Below, piece after piece: positions 47,895 through 57,844 of a stretch of DNA of 64,000 nucleotides. Under the pieces are notes generated by a model, which saw only the letters and a list, made by a program, of their open reading frames with translations, searched no databases and was not told the origin of the DNA. Numbering within the stretch: the first letter of the stretch is position 1; every line of letters starts with the position of its first letter. Origin of the DNA: an uncultured Methanomicrobiaceae archaeon (GTDB lineage: Archaea > Halobacteriota > Methanomicrobia > Methanomicrobiales > Methanoculleaceae); contig CAWGXH010000004.1 in NCBI GenBank assembly GCA_963826525.1, positions 1,664,001 through 1,728,000 on the forward strand. Reading direction: 5' to 3'. A program made the translations under genes and the position numbers.

Positions 47895-48503
47895 ATGCCA
47901 GAAGATACTCGCAAGAAACAGCTCCTCGAGCTGTTCACAAACATCACGAGCAAGACGAAGATCGTTGAGCCGATGAAGAAGATTCACGGTACGTTACGCG
48001 ATCGGGAGGCCATCGAACGCGAAATAGCCCTGATTATGCGGGAGATCCTGGATCAGGGTCACTTCAAGACGAAGCTTTCCCCGAGGCACCTTGCGAAACT
48101 GGTCGCTGCGTACTATGACGGCAAAAACGATACTGAGATAGCGAGGGCACTTGGCGACGAAAAGCTGAGTAAAACGGTGGCACGTGCCCGGGTTCGTCTC
48201 AAACTCTTCAGGGATCTTGACTTTAAGATGCCTTTTGACCGGTATAGTATGGAGGCGCTCCTCGAGTCAGGGAAGACCATGAAGGAAGTTAGTGAAGAGC
48301 TCGACGTGAGCCCTTCCACGCTTCGTGAGTACCGCCACGTGATCGAACAGGAAGCCGACACCACGCTGGACCCGTATCTTGAGCGGATCAGGGACGTCAT
48401 GGAGGATCGCGATCTCTCCGAGCAGATGACGCGCGGTGTTGCGAACGATGGTCTGAGTGAGGCCATCGATATCGCCGAAGCAATCGATATGTCCGAACTC
48501 TGA
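47895..48503 (+). CDS. Hypothetical protein with two HTH-like segments
   Basis: GKNDTEIARALG...KTVARAR and GKTMKEVSEELDVSPSTLREY. Confidence 0.72.
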   Translation: MPEDTRKKQLLELFTNITSKTKIVEPMKKIHGTLRDREAIEREIALIMREILDQGHFKTKLSPRHLAKLVAAYYDGKNDTEIARALGDEKLSKTVARARVRLKLFRDLDFKMPFDRYSMEALLESGKTMKEVSEELDVSPSTLREYRHVIEQEADTTLDPYLERIRDVMEDRDLSEQMTRGVANDGLSEAIDIAEAIDMSEL

Positions 48504-49279
48504 TGCTTCGGCTCCTCACTCTATTTTCAAACACATTTTTCCCGTACGGGTATCCGTACGAGCGGCCTCTCCGCCGGCCGTGACCGGGATGCCCTCAGGA
48601 GGAATACCGTTCCACGAATATCTGAACGGGCCGCCCGGATCGATCCCCGCGCTGTCGCTCTGCAGGCAGGTCTCTCAGGCTCCGGCATCCCGTGCATCCG
48701 GAGACGCTTCATCCCCGGGGTTTGTCGTGCATGATCGAGAGGCGGCGTACCGGCAGCAGTATCTCTATGGTGGGATGTGGGTCTCCTCCCTGACGGAGAC
48801 CGTGGCCGGCTCCCCGTTCCGGCAGAATCTCTGCCGGATGAACTCTGTTGAACTCCTTGCAACGGCAGATTTTTGCTTGATCTCTTCCCGGGAGGTTTCA
48901 TGGTGCCTGGATCTTCGGGCACTGCGGCGATATTCCGGTAGGGTCGACTATGGGGGTAGGGTAGGCAGCATCACGCGACCGATAAGCAGCCGCCCGCATC
49001 GCCCGCCCGGGCCGGGAGATGCTCACGGCTGCTGCTTCGGTTCAGGTACGTTTATATGTCTGCAACCCGGGGCAAATCCTCCGGAATTTCGACCCTCACA
49101 GAAGCCCGCAGGCGGCCGATCTCCACCTCGGGAAGGGTATCCATCCTCTCAAAATTACTGCCGCTCATACGGGCGTTATAAATCTAAGGATATCCGGTAT
49201 TTTTTGAATCAGACGCGTATAATTCGTTAAATTTTAGTGCCAAAATCCGGTTCATAAAGCCTTCGTCAAAATAGAAAAA

Positions 49280-49458
49280 TGACCCCAATTTGCCTTTCTT
49301 TCAGGACGGAGAAAGGGGATCCCCCTCTCTCCGGTATGATTGCCACCTCCCGTTCCGGGGATGCGCATGGGAGACACGCCGTGGACAACCGTCTCCTTGT
49401 AAGAGGAATTCTACAAAGCCGCCGAATGGGTAAACCCCGATGTACGGCTGTGGGATCA
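49280..49458 (-). ncRNA. Candidate structured non-coding RNA (~180 nt, multibranch)
   Basis: Closing stem UGAUCCCA/UGGGGUCA encloses about five hairpins; imperfect pairs are G-U on the minus strand; followed by UUUUUCUAUUUU. Confidence 0.5.
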
Positions 49459-49496
49459 AACATTTTATGTATTCCCCGTAGACAATAGCTCTTCCC

Positions 49497-50171
49497 ATGA
49501 AACTGACCTGGTTTGGCCACTCCTGTTTCCTTCTTGAAGGGTCGAAGAAGATCCTCATTGATCCCTTCGTGCCGTCAGGGGATATCGGCGTTGAGCCTGA
49601 TATTGTCGCGGTCACGCACGCCCATGCCGACCATCTGGGAATAGCGGCAGACCTTCGGGTGACGACCGTGGCCGTTAATGAAGTGGCCAACTACCTCGCC
49701 CGGCAGGATGTCCCGACCGAACCGATGAACATCGGCGGCACCATTACCGTCGACGGCATCCGGTTCACTATGACACCTGCTCTCCACTCCTCCTGGCTTG
49801 AGGATGCAGGACCCGGGTTTTACGGCGGTGTCGCCGCCGGCTACGTCATCGGGATGGACGGCCTGCGGGTGTATCATGCCGGCGATACCGGTCTCTTCTC
49901 GGATATGCAGCTCGTCAGGGATCTGTACCGGCCTGATGTTGCGCTGCTTCCTATTGGAGGGCGGTATACTATGGGTCCGGATGAGGCGATGATCGCGGCG
50001 CAGTACATTGGTGCGAAGGTGGTGATTCCGATGCATTACGGAACCTTCCCGCGCATCGAGCAGGACGTGCAGCCGTTCAAGCACGCCCTTGAACGGACGA
50101 CCTCAATTCGGGTGGAGATCCTCGCTCCGGGCGGCTCTCTTGAGATCAATCCGGACACTTTCGGGAGATAG
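49497..50171 (+). CDS. Metallo-beta-lactamase-fold hydrolase (UPF0173-like)
   Basis: WFGHS, IDPF, THAHADH, YHAGDT and IPMHY motifs. Confidence 0.9.
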   Translation: MKLTWFGHSCFLLEGSKKILIDPFVPSGDIGVEPDIVAVTHAHADHLGIAADLRVTTVAVNEVANYLARQDVPTEPMNIGGTITVDGIRFTMTPALHSSWLEDAGPGFYGGVAAGYVIGMDGLRVYHAGDTGLFSDMQLVRDLYRPDVALLPIGGRYTMGPDEAMIAAQYIGAKVVIPMHYGTFPRIEQDVQPFKHALERTTSIRVEILAPGGSLEINPDTFGR

Positions 50172-50919
50172 GATAGTTCTCCTGCCGGTACGATCACCCC
50201 TGCTGCCTACCGGTATCCCGGTGCCCCCCTTCGTCATCGGGGTGGGAACTCTTTACCTGGTGCTTCATACTGTATAGATCCCCGATCCGGGCGCACTCAC
50301 GGCTGCTGGTTTCAGGGCGGGGATCTTCATTGCCATCGGCGCCTATGGTAACTCTCCTCCCTGACGCTCAAGAGGGAAAAAGAGCGCTACTAGAGCATAT
50401 CTGACATCTCCGAGGCACATACTTCGCATGGCCTGAGTCGCTTGCTTTTATCGATCTGAACCGATGTTTTTCACTCCTGCCCGGATTACCCGCCTGAGAT
50501 ATCCAAAGGTCTGTCTCCTGGGCGGAGCAACGCCGGTATGTACCGGGCGGGCAGGATGCCGTCAGGTTCATCGTCCGTGACGACGATCTTGGGATGTCAC
50601 CCGCAACGAGCAAAGCCGGAGACGGCTCTCTCGGGTTAAAACCGGTGAGCGTTCTCATACATCCGCTGAGCGGCATTCTTCGTCTGAAGTGTGAATCTGG
50701 AATAGTATTCGAACTTACTGTCCGGCAGAGGATGACTTCAGAGGGGGCTTCCTATGGGGGCTGCGGCGTTGCAATGCCCACTCGAAAGGATCGGTATCTC
50801 TATGTTAGGTGCATTCTCTGTTTTCGTCACTGAATTCCTCCGTTTCTGCCGATGCACAAAATTTTTATGCGGTGACCGAAGAGTAGCGCCGTCGAGATAG
50901 TCGACCGTGAGGTACATGT

Positions 50920-51882
50920 ATGAAGAGAGAATTTACCACCCCCGGTGGTGAGGGGCGGCTCCAGTCTCCGACAGCCAGGCAGAGCCCGCCGTATCCCCCC
51001 GGAGAAGGCAAAGTCAAACTGGTCACCACAGACTGGCTCGAGGATCACCTGCAGGATAGCGACCTTCGGATACTCGATGTGCAGCCGAACGTTCATGATT
51101 ATATCCAGGAGCACATCCCGGGAGCGCTCTATCTCAACGAAGGGATTCTCAGAGTGCCTGCTCATGGTTTCCCGACCTCATACGGTCCTATTGCCTGCCT
51201 GCAGGAGTCGTTCCGGCGTGTCGGGCTTGAGGCCGACTCCCCGGTTGTCGTCTACACCGGCAAAGGATCTTTCTCCGGGTGGGGCGACGGTCTTGGGCAG
51301 ACGATGATGGCCTACTCACTGGCGAAGTTTGGCCATAATCGCGTATACATTCTCGACGGCGGCCTTGATGCGTGGAAGAGTGAGAAGCGGGAGCTCTCGC
51401 AGGATTTCCCGTCGGTCGAGCCGTCCGGGTTTACCGCGGAGGTGCGCGGTGAGTACCCCATTGGGTATGAGGACTTTATGCAGACGAAAGACCGCGATGA
51501 TGTCATCGTGCTTGATGCCCGGCCGGCTAAGTTTTACGAAGGGCAGGGTCCGTGGAGAAAACCCGGGCATATCCCCGGTGCGGTCAGCCTGCCGTGGAGG
51601 AGCCTGATGGATCCGGAGAACCCGGCACTCCTCAAGCCGAACAGCGAGGTGATCGATATCCTGGAGCAGCATAACATCGACCGGAACAAAACAGTCATCT
51701 GCTCCTGCGGCACCGGCAGGGAGGCGACGAACGAGTTTGTCCTCTTTAAGTGGTACTTCGAATACCCGAGGGTCAGGCTCTACGAAGGATCCTATACCGA
51801 GTGGGTCGCGCATCCGGAGAACGAGACTGTGGAGGGTAAAGAGCCGGGAAAGCAGCGTGTAGTGGCTGCTCAGACGAGCTGA
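50920..51882 (+). CDS. Tandem-rhodanese sulfurtransferase
   Basis: HIPGA twice, ILDGGLDAW, active loop CGTGREA and LYEGSYTEW; GAGGT SD. Confidence 0.9.
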   Translation: MKREFTTPGGEGRLQSPTARQSPPYPPGEGKVKLVTTDWLEDHLQDSDLRILDVQPNVHDYIQEHIPGALYLNEGILRVPAHGFPTSYGPIACLQESFRRVGLEADSPVVVYTGKGSFSGWGDGLGQTMMAYSLAKFGHNRVYILDGGLDAWKSEKRELSQDFPSVEPSGFTAEVRGEYPIGYEDFMQTKDRDDVIVLDARPAKFYEGQGPWRKPGHIPGAVSLPWRSLMDPENPALLKPNSEVIDILEQHNIDRNKTVICSCGTGREATNEFVLFKWYFEYPRVRLYEGSYTEWVAHPENETVEGKEPGKQRVVAAQTS

Positions 51883-52129
51883 AGGTACTCTGAGCCCGGC
51901 AAGCGAACAAAACATTTATTTCTCATTTTTCACAAAATCAAAACTTATATATGTAGTATGCGTACAAATACGACATAGAGAGAATACCGGATCCAATGCA
52001 AGACACTTCCCCCCTTGACGTCGTCTTCTTGTGAATCCTATTCTCTCTATATGCCGTCTCCGGATCGTCTTCTCTCTTTCCTGCCGTTTTGCCCGGTACT
52101 TCTCCTGGCAGGCCGTAATATGCGTCCTC

Positions 52130-52740
52130 TCTGGTTTTGATATCCCGTGCGAGCCTTGCCGCTATCGATACGACGTATCTCTCCTGGCGTACCACCGGCC
52201 GGTTTGTTCGCGCCCGGCAGACGTCCTTCGGGGTTGGTTCCTACAATTCTCAAAGCACCGTTTGGTGAAGAATCGGTGGTCTCGTTGAGGTGATTCTGCC
52301 CTTCGGACGAGTGCGGCATCCCGGCGATGATCACGCCGTGATGGGGCAGCGGTACATGGTATGATGGTTGCTTCCTGGCTCTCCTGCTGTGCTGCGGATC
52401 TTGTACTGACGCTCCCTACTTTACCGACAACGCCGCCGCAGTCTCCGGATACTGCCGGTTGCGTCGATGAACCGGTACATCTGTCCGCATATATTCCCTA
52501 ACCGTGCCGGCTTCTGAAGGCGACGGCGTCGGCGGAAGTGCATTCGCCACTGGGGCATTCCGAAACTGCACCCGAAATAACCTCTGGAACGTTGCCCCCC
52601 TCTTTTCGAGTACCTCCTGCGTAAGTATCTCAGGGACACGGTGCAGCCCTGTTTTTCTCCCGGTACCTCCTGCACTCCTTTGAAGGCTGCTTCGGCCATC
52701 CATGTGCGTGTAACCGTAGCGGCCGGGGGACGATCGGAAC
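52130..52740 (-). pseudogene. wrbA: Degraded WrbA-type NAD(P)H:quinone oxidoreductase
   Basis: Collinear fragments across frames: YG..MAEAAFKGVQEVPG / HRVPEILTQEVLEK / PARLGNICGQMYRFIDATG / VGKVGSV / QEATI / HHGVIIAGMPHS / SPNGA / RYVVSIAARL. Confidence 0.75.
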
Positions 52741-52865
52741 CTGCACCATCCCGGGTGCGAATCGGACTTTCTTCTGAAGAATATCTTCGGCGAGTCAGAG
52801 GATCGATTCGAGCGCAGGTAGTTCATCAGGTGAACCCTCTGCCGCTCCCGGGTATCCAAACCTAT

Positions 52866-54541
52866 ATGGAACGCGATGAGCATACCTCTCTCTCCGTGGT
52901 ACGGGTGGCGGCCGAAATGATGGATGACCTCCGGACTGGCTTTGCAATACCGTTCTCCCTTCGCGTCGGTGTTATCGGGCACGTTGCCGTCTTCGGCGAG
53001 GAGCATGCGCGCGACGGGATACGGACAGTGCTGCGCCGTCTGGACGAGATCCTGCGCAAAACCCCCCATTCGTTCACGGTGGTCTCGTCATGCATCGATG
53101 AGGCCTTTGAGCCGGTAATCGAGGAGATTCTGGCCTCATCCGACGGGATGGAGAGGGGAACCTCGCGGTACGAGGTCGTCCTCCTCTCATCGCCTGCCGA
53201 GTGCATTGTGAACCTCGAGACCGATCGGGAGCAGGATGCCTTCAGGCGCCTTCTTGGGCGCGCATCGTTGGTCAAGGTGATTGACGAGTCCGGGACGGAG
53301 GCCGGCACTGCCCACGAGGTCACCGGCCAGCATATCATCCAAACCTGCGATCTTCTCCTCGTTGTCTGGGACGGCCTCGGCGACCCTGACCCCGGGAGCA
53401 CCGCCCACCTGGTCAGGTATGCCAGAATGACCGGCAGGACACTTTTCTGGGTTCACCCCGTGACCGGCAGAGTGGTTGAGGAGCGGCACGAGGACGGGAT
53501 CCTCGAATCGCTTGAGGACCTCAATGCGTACAACGGCGAGGAGGCCGGCGTTGAAGAGGTCGGCCGGATCTGTGCGGAACGGCGCGACTGGCTCGCCAGG
53601 AAGATGCAGATGTCCGGGCTTCCTGCGGATCTCCTCAAACCGCTCTCCCGGACAATGCTCCGGGATTACGCACGCGCACGCCTGCTGACCACCCGGTACC
53701 GGAAACGGTATATGCGTGCGGGGAGCGCGGTCTATGCCCTCGCCGCCCTCGCCGTCGCAACGGTCACTATCCAGACCCTCTTCTTCCCTGATTATCCGGA
53801 GTTGCTCTGGTTCGAGGTCGCCGAGATCGGCATCATCCTGCTTCTGCTGATGGCATCACGAACGGGAGGATGGCACCGGAAATGGATCGACTATCGATTT
53901 CTGACCGAGCGGATCATGGCCGGCTTCTTCATGAGCATCATCTGCGTACGGTGCGAAAAACCGACTGCGTCAGGCCATGTGAGCCTCTTTCATCGTTCGA
54001 ATGACTGGATGCTGCTTGCATTCGAGGGGATCCTCGATCGACGCCCGCTTGAGTACCTGCAACATCGATATCCCCTTTGGGCCGCTGAAGGCATTCCTGT
54101 CGGCTGCATGGATCGACGACCGGCTCGCCTGTTACACGAAGAACAGCGTGTGGAACCGACAGTGGTATACTCTGCTTGCAGAGGCCGGAGAAGTTCTCTT
54201 CGCCGTCACGCTCGTCGCCGCCGCAATTCATGCTTCCGGACTCGACAGCTCTGAGATTCTCTCACTGCTACACCATTCCCGGGCGCTCCCGGCGATAACA
54301 ATCATCCTTCCCGCTATCGGTGCAGGGCTTGCAGGCTATCCGGGTTCAGCGCGAGTATCTGAGAAACTCGGAGCGCTACGCACATCTGGTGCGGCATCTC
54401 TCCACCCTCAGCAGCCGGATTAAGCGGGCGGAAGATATGGATGAACTGATCGACCTCCTCAAAGAAGCCAACGAGATTACGCTCCGGGAGCAGCAGGACT
54501 GGCGGATCATGTTCCTCTTCCGCGATCTCGAGACGCCGTAG
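52866..54541 (+). CDS. SLOG-like nucleotide-binding domain fused to two SLATT/DUF4231-like 2-TM modules (frameshifts near 54060 and 54335)
   Basis: LRVGVIGH...CDLLLVVWDG...GSTAHLVRYAR, then 2 TM + WHRKWIDYRFLTE, then WIDDRLACY + 2 TM + ERY...EQQDW. Confidence 0.68.
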
Positions 54542-54886
54542 ACGAACTTTTCCGGCAGGGGATCGCCCTTCCACTATTGCCGGGTTCCAGAGCGCACAAT
54601 GTTCTGATCGCCGCCCGGAGGCACTCTCTCGTATACCGATGCCTATATGCCGCGGTATGGAACTCTATCCCTCGTCTCTATCGTCTCGTCAGCCATACCG
54701 CGCTCCGGCAGAAGAATGTCGTTGCCGCCTCTGTCGGGCACATTGCAGAGAGCATACGGAAGCTCGGTGAAGCTCCGAGAACGTAATCAACGACCTCGTG
54801 AGTAGAGAGGTGTCGATACGGCAAGCAGTGCCCTGGGAAAGTATCAATTACTTCTCCTGAGTATATCGCACCGGAAGGTGCCCTGC

Positions 54887-55276
54887 ATGAGTGCGGAGAT
54901 CGTTGAGGTTTCTGATCAGACCTGGGAGAAGACCGTCGAAAAAGGAGAAAAACCTGCTATTGTCATGTTTTACAGTCCTGCGTGCCCGTACTGTCGGACG
55001 ATGGAGCCTTACTTCAAAAATTTCGCCGATAGGTACGGTGATGTCCTCCTCTTCGCCCGGTTAAATATTACGTCGAGTTTGTGGACCGCCGAGCGGTACG
55101 GTGTTCGAGGGACACCGACATTCAAGTTCTTCTGCATGGGGCGCCCCATCGAGGAACTGGTGGGAGCAGTCTATCCTGCGATGCTGGAAAAAAGGATCGA
55201 GGATCTCCTCGCACATGGTGAGGCGTGCGTCCGGAGCTCCACCGCCATCGATTACGAGATCACCGGATACGGATAG
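54887..55276 (+). CDS. Thioredoxin-family protein
   Basis: FYSPACPYC and YGVRGTPTF. Confidence 0.9.
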   Translation: MSAEIVEVSDQTWEKTVEKGEKPAIVMFYSPACPYCRTMEPYFKNFADRYGDVLLFARLNITSSLWTAERYGVRGTPTFKFFCMGRPIEELVGAVYPAMLEKRIEDLLAHGEACVRSSTAIDYEITGYG

Positions 55277-55398
55277 TCCCGGGACAGATTCTCCCGTATC
55301 GATAGTCTGCCGATGCCTTTTTTTGAAGGGGACGATATCGGGGGCATCTCCGGCAAAAACATTATGATATTTCAGTCTATGATAGACTCCCCGGCAGC

Positions 55399-56388
55399 AT
55401 GAAGAAGATCCTGATTCACGTAAGGGGAGAGGACTATGAGGGCGTAAAGGCGGCTCTTGATGAGCTCTACTACGTCACCGACCATGTGGGGGACATCTAC
55501 GAGATTATCCTCTTTACGCCGGATGCAGAGGTCAATTCCCTCATCGACAAGATTCGGGAGGCTATCGATCTCCGGTACAACGAGAATATGATCGAGGTCA
55601 CATCGCCGGAGTTTGTTATCTCGACCTACCTCCAGCGCGCCGAGAAGAAAGCCGAGGAGAAAGATGAAACCACCCCTGCTGAAAAACTCTTACGCTCCGT
55701 GGAACAGTATACCGAACTTGATCTCACCAAAATCGCTCTGACGTCCATCGCCGGGCTCGTTGCTCTCTCCGGATTATTCCTGAACAACCCGGTCATCATC
55801 ATCGGTGCCATGCTCCTCTCGCCGATCATCGGGCCGATATACAGTTTTGCCATCAACATTGCTCTTGGGAGGCTGGAAGATGCCCTCCGCAGCGTGGGCG
55901 TCCTTCTGGCGCTCCTCGGATCCGTACTCCTGCTCTCGGTGATCGCCACATTTGTCATTAACCTCTTCATCCCGCTCCCGATCACGGATGAGATCGTCGC
56001 GCGTATCATCATGAATCCCATCTATATTATTATGGGAATACTGCTCGGGTTTGCCGCGGTACTCGCATTTACCCGGGAAACACCTGAGACTATTGCGGGT
56101 GTAGCAATCGCCGCCGCCCTGCTCCCGCCGGTCGTGGTGACCGGTATCGTCCTCGTGCTCCAGCCGATCAGCGCCATCTCGTCCGGCATCCTCGTGCTCG
56201 ATCAGATCATCGGGCTCATGGCCGGGGGGCTCCTTGCCGTTCTGGTGCTGCAGATCGGGCCGCGGGAGTCCCGGGAGCAGATCGCTGCCGAGAAGTATAT
56301 CATCCGGTCGGCCGTAATCTTCGCTCTTCTCCTCGGCCTGCTCGTGGTCATATCTCTGCTGCTTGGGCCTGACGGAGGGTTCCTGTAA
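55399..56388 (+). CDS. TIGR00341/DUF389 family membrane protein
   Basis: IIGAMLLSP and AGVAIAAALLPP motifs. Confidence 0.88.
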   Translation: MKKILIHVRGEDYEGVKAALDELYYVTDHVGDIYEIILFTPDAEVNSLIDKIREAIDLRYNENMIEVTSPEFVISTYLQRAEKKAEEKDETTPAEKLLRSVEQYTELDLTKIALTSIAGLVALSGLFLNNPVIIIGAMLLSPIIGPIYSFAINIALGRLEDALRSVGVLLALLGSVLLLSVIATFVINLFIPLPITDEIVARIIMNPIYIIMGILLGFAAVLAFTRETPETIAGVAIAAALLPPVVVTGIVLVLQPISAISSGILVLDQIIGLMAGGLLAVLVLQIGPRESREQIAAEKYIIRSAVIFALLLGLLVVISLLLGPDGGFL

Positions 56389-56415
56389 AATAATTCGGTG
56401 TTCCTGCCGGTGATG

Positions 56416-57066
56416 CTATTTGATCTCGAGGCGCTCCCCGGTTATCATATAGTGGATCTTCTCCGCCATATCGCACCCGTGATCGCCGCACCGCTCCAGA
56501 TACCGCGCGATCATGACATAGTCGATACACCGCGTGATGTTCCGGGGGTCTTCCATCATATAGGTGACGCTCTCGCGGAAGATGGAGTAGCGCATGGAAT
56601 CGATGGTATCGTCACGGGCCGTGAAGTTCTTCAGCGGTGTGATATCCTCGTACCGGTAGGCCTTGAGGGCGTCGTCGACCATCGCGAAGACGAGTTCCGC
56701 CATATGGGGAAGGTTCATCATATTGGCGATGTGCGGTGCGTCGCCAAACCCTTCCACCATGTTGGCGATGTCTTTACCGTACCTGCCGATCCGGAAGAGC
56801 GAGTAGTTCATGCTGATTGCGCACGTAATTGCGCGGAGATCCTGCGCCATAGGCTGGTAGAGGGCAATGAGCCGGAGTGCCTGCTCCTCGATCTGGTGAT
56901 TCCTGTCTGAGAGTTCCGTCTTCTTTGCGTGCACCCGCTCCGCAAGATCGATATCCTGGGTCTTTAAGGCGAGCATGGAGTTGTGGAGCATATCGGTCGA
57001 GAAGGTCCCCATGTCCAGGACGGAGACCTTTAACCCTTTGAGTTCATCGCGAAATTTGCCGACCAT
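56416..57066 (-). CDS. phoU: Phosphate signalling protein PhoU
   Basis: IALYQPMAQDLR and YLERCGDH; downstream of pstB. Confidence 0.9.
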   Translation of the reverse strand: MVGKFRDELKGLKVSVLDMGTFSTDMLHNSMLALKTQDIDLAERVHAKKTELSDRNHQIEEQALRLIALYQPMAQDLRAITCAISMNYSLFRIGRYGKDIANMVEGFGDAPHIANMMNLPHMAELVFAMVDDALKAYRYEDITPLKNFTARDDTIDSMRYSIFRESVTYMMEDPRNITRCIDYVMIARYLERCGDHGCDMAEKIHYMITGERLEIK

Positions 57067-57074
57067 TTTTTCAC

Positions 57075-57840
57075 CTATCCGAAGCGTCCCGTGATGTAAT
57101 TGTTTGTCAACTCTTCCTCAGGCGACTCGAAGATCTGCGTCGTCTCGTCAAACTCGATCAACTTTCCGAGGTACATAAAGCCGGTGTAATCGCTGACGCG
57201 GGCTGCCTGCTGCATGTTGTGCGTCACGATGATAACGGTGTAGTTCTGCTTCAGCTCGTTGATGAGATCTTCGATCTTTGCGGTCGCAATTGGGTCGAGT
57301 GCGGAGCAGGGTTCGTCCATGAGGATGATCTCCGGCTCGACGGCGAGCGTCCTTGCGATGCAGAGGCGCTGCTGCTGCCCGCCCGAGAGTCCCATGGCGG
57401 AGTTGTGGAGGCGGTCTTTCACCTCTTCCCAGAGTGCGGCTTTTCGCAGGCTCTTCTCCACGATCTCGTCGAGTTTTCTGCGATCTTTCGTCCCGTGTAT
57501 CCTCGGGCCGTAGGCGACATTATCATAGATCGAAGAAGGGAAATGGGTTTGGTTTCTGGAAGACCATGCCGACTTTCTTTCGTAGCTCGACGACATCGGT
57601 CTCCGGTCCGGTGATCGACGTTCCATCAAAGATGAGGTCCCCCTTGATCGTGACGATATCCACAAGGTCGTTCATCCGGTTGAAGCACCGCAGAAGCGTT
57701 GATTTGCCGCATCCGGAAGGTCCTATCAGGGCAGTGACCCGGTTCCTCGGGATGCTGATCGTAATATCGATGAGCGCGTGGCTCTCACCGTAGTAGAGGT
57801 TTAATCCGTTTGCTGTGAGGATGTTGCCGTTTTTCTGCAT
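57075..57840 (-). CDS. pstB: Phosphate ABC transporter ATPase (frameshift near 57535)
   Basis: [42 protein letters not shown] and YITGRFG. Confidence 0.93.
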
Positions 57841-57844
57841 GGAT

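Noticed and set aside
49417-49485. Group II intron domain V/VI resemblance (AGCCG...GTAA...GTACGGCT) on the plus strand
   Set aside because: The lower stem is mismatched on this strand, there is no clean bulged-A domain VI and no RT ORF nearby, and the wobble pattern favours the minus strand.
54545-54870. Possible gene between the SLOG-SLATT gene and thioredoxin
   Set aside because: Only a short ORF with a non-ATG start and no recognisable similarity in any frame.
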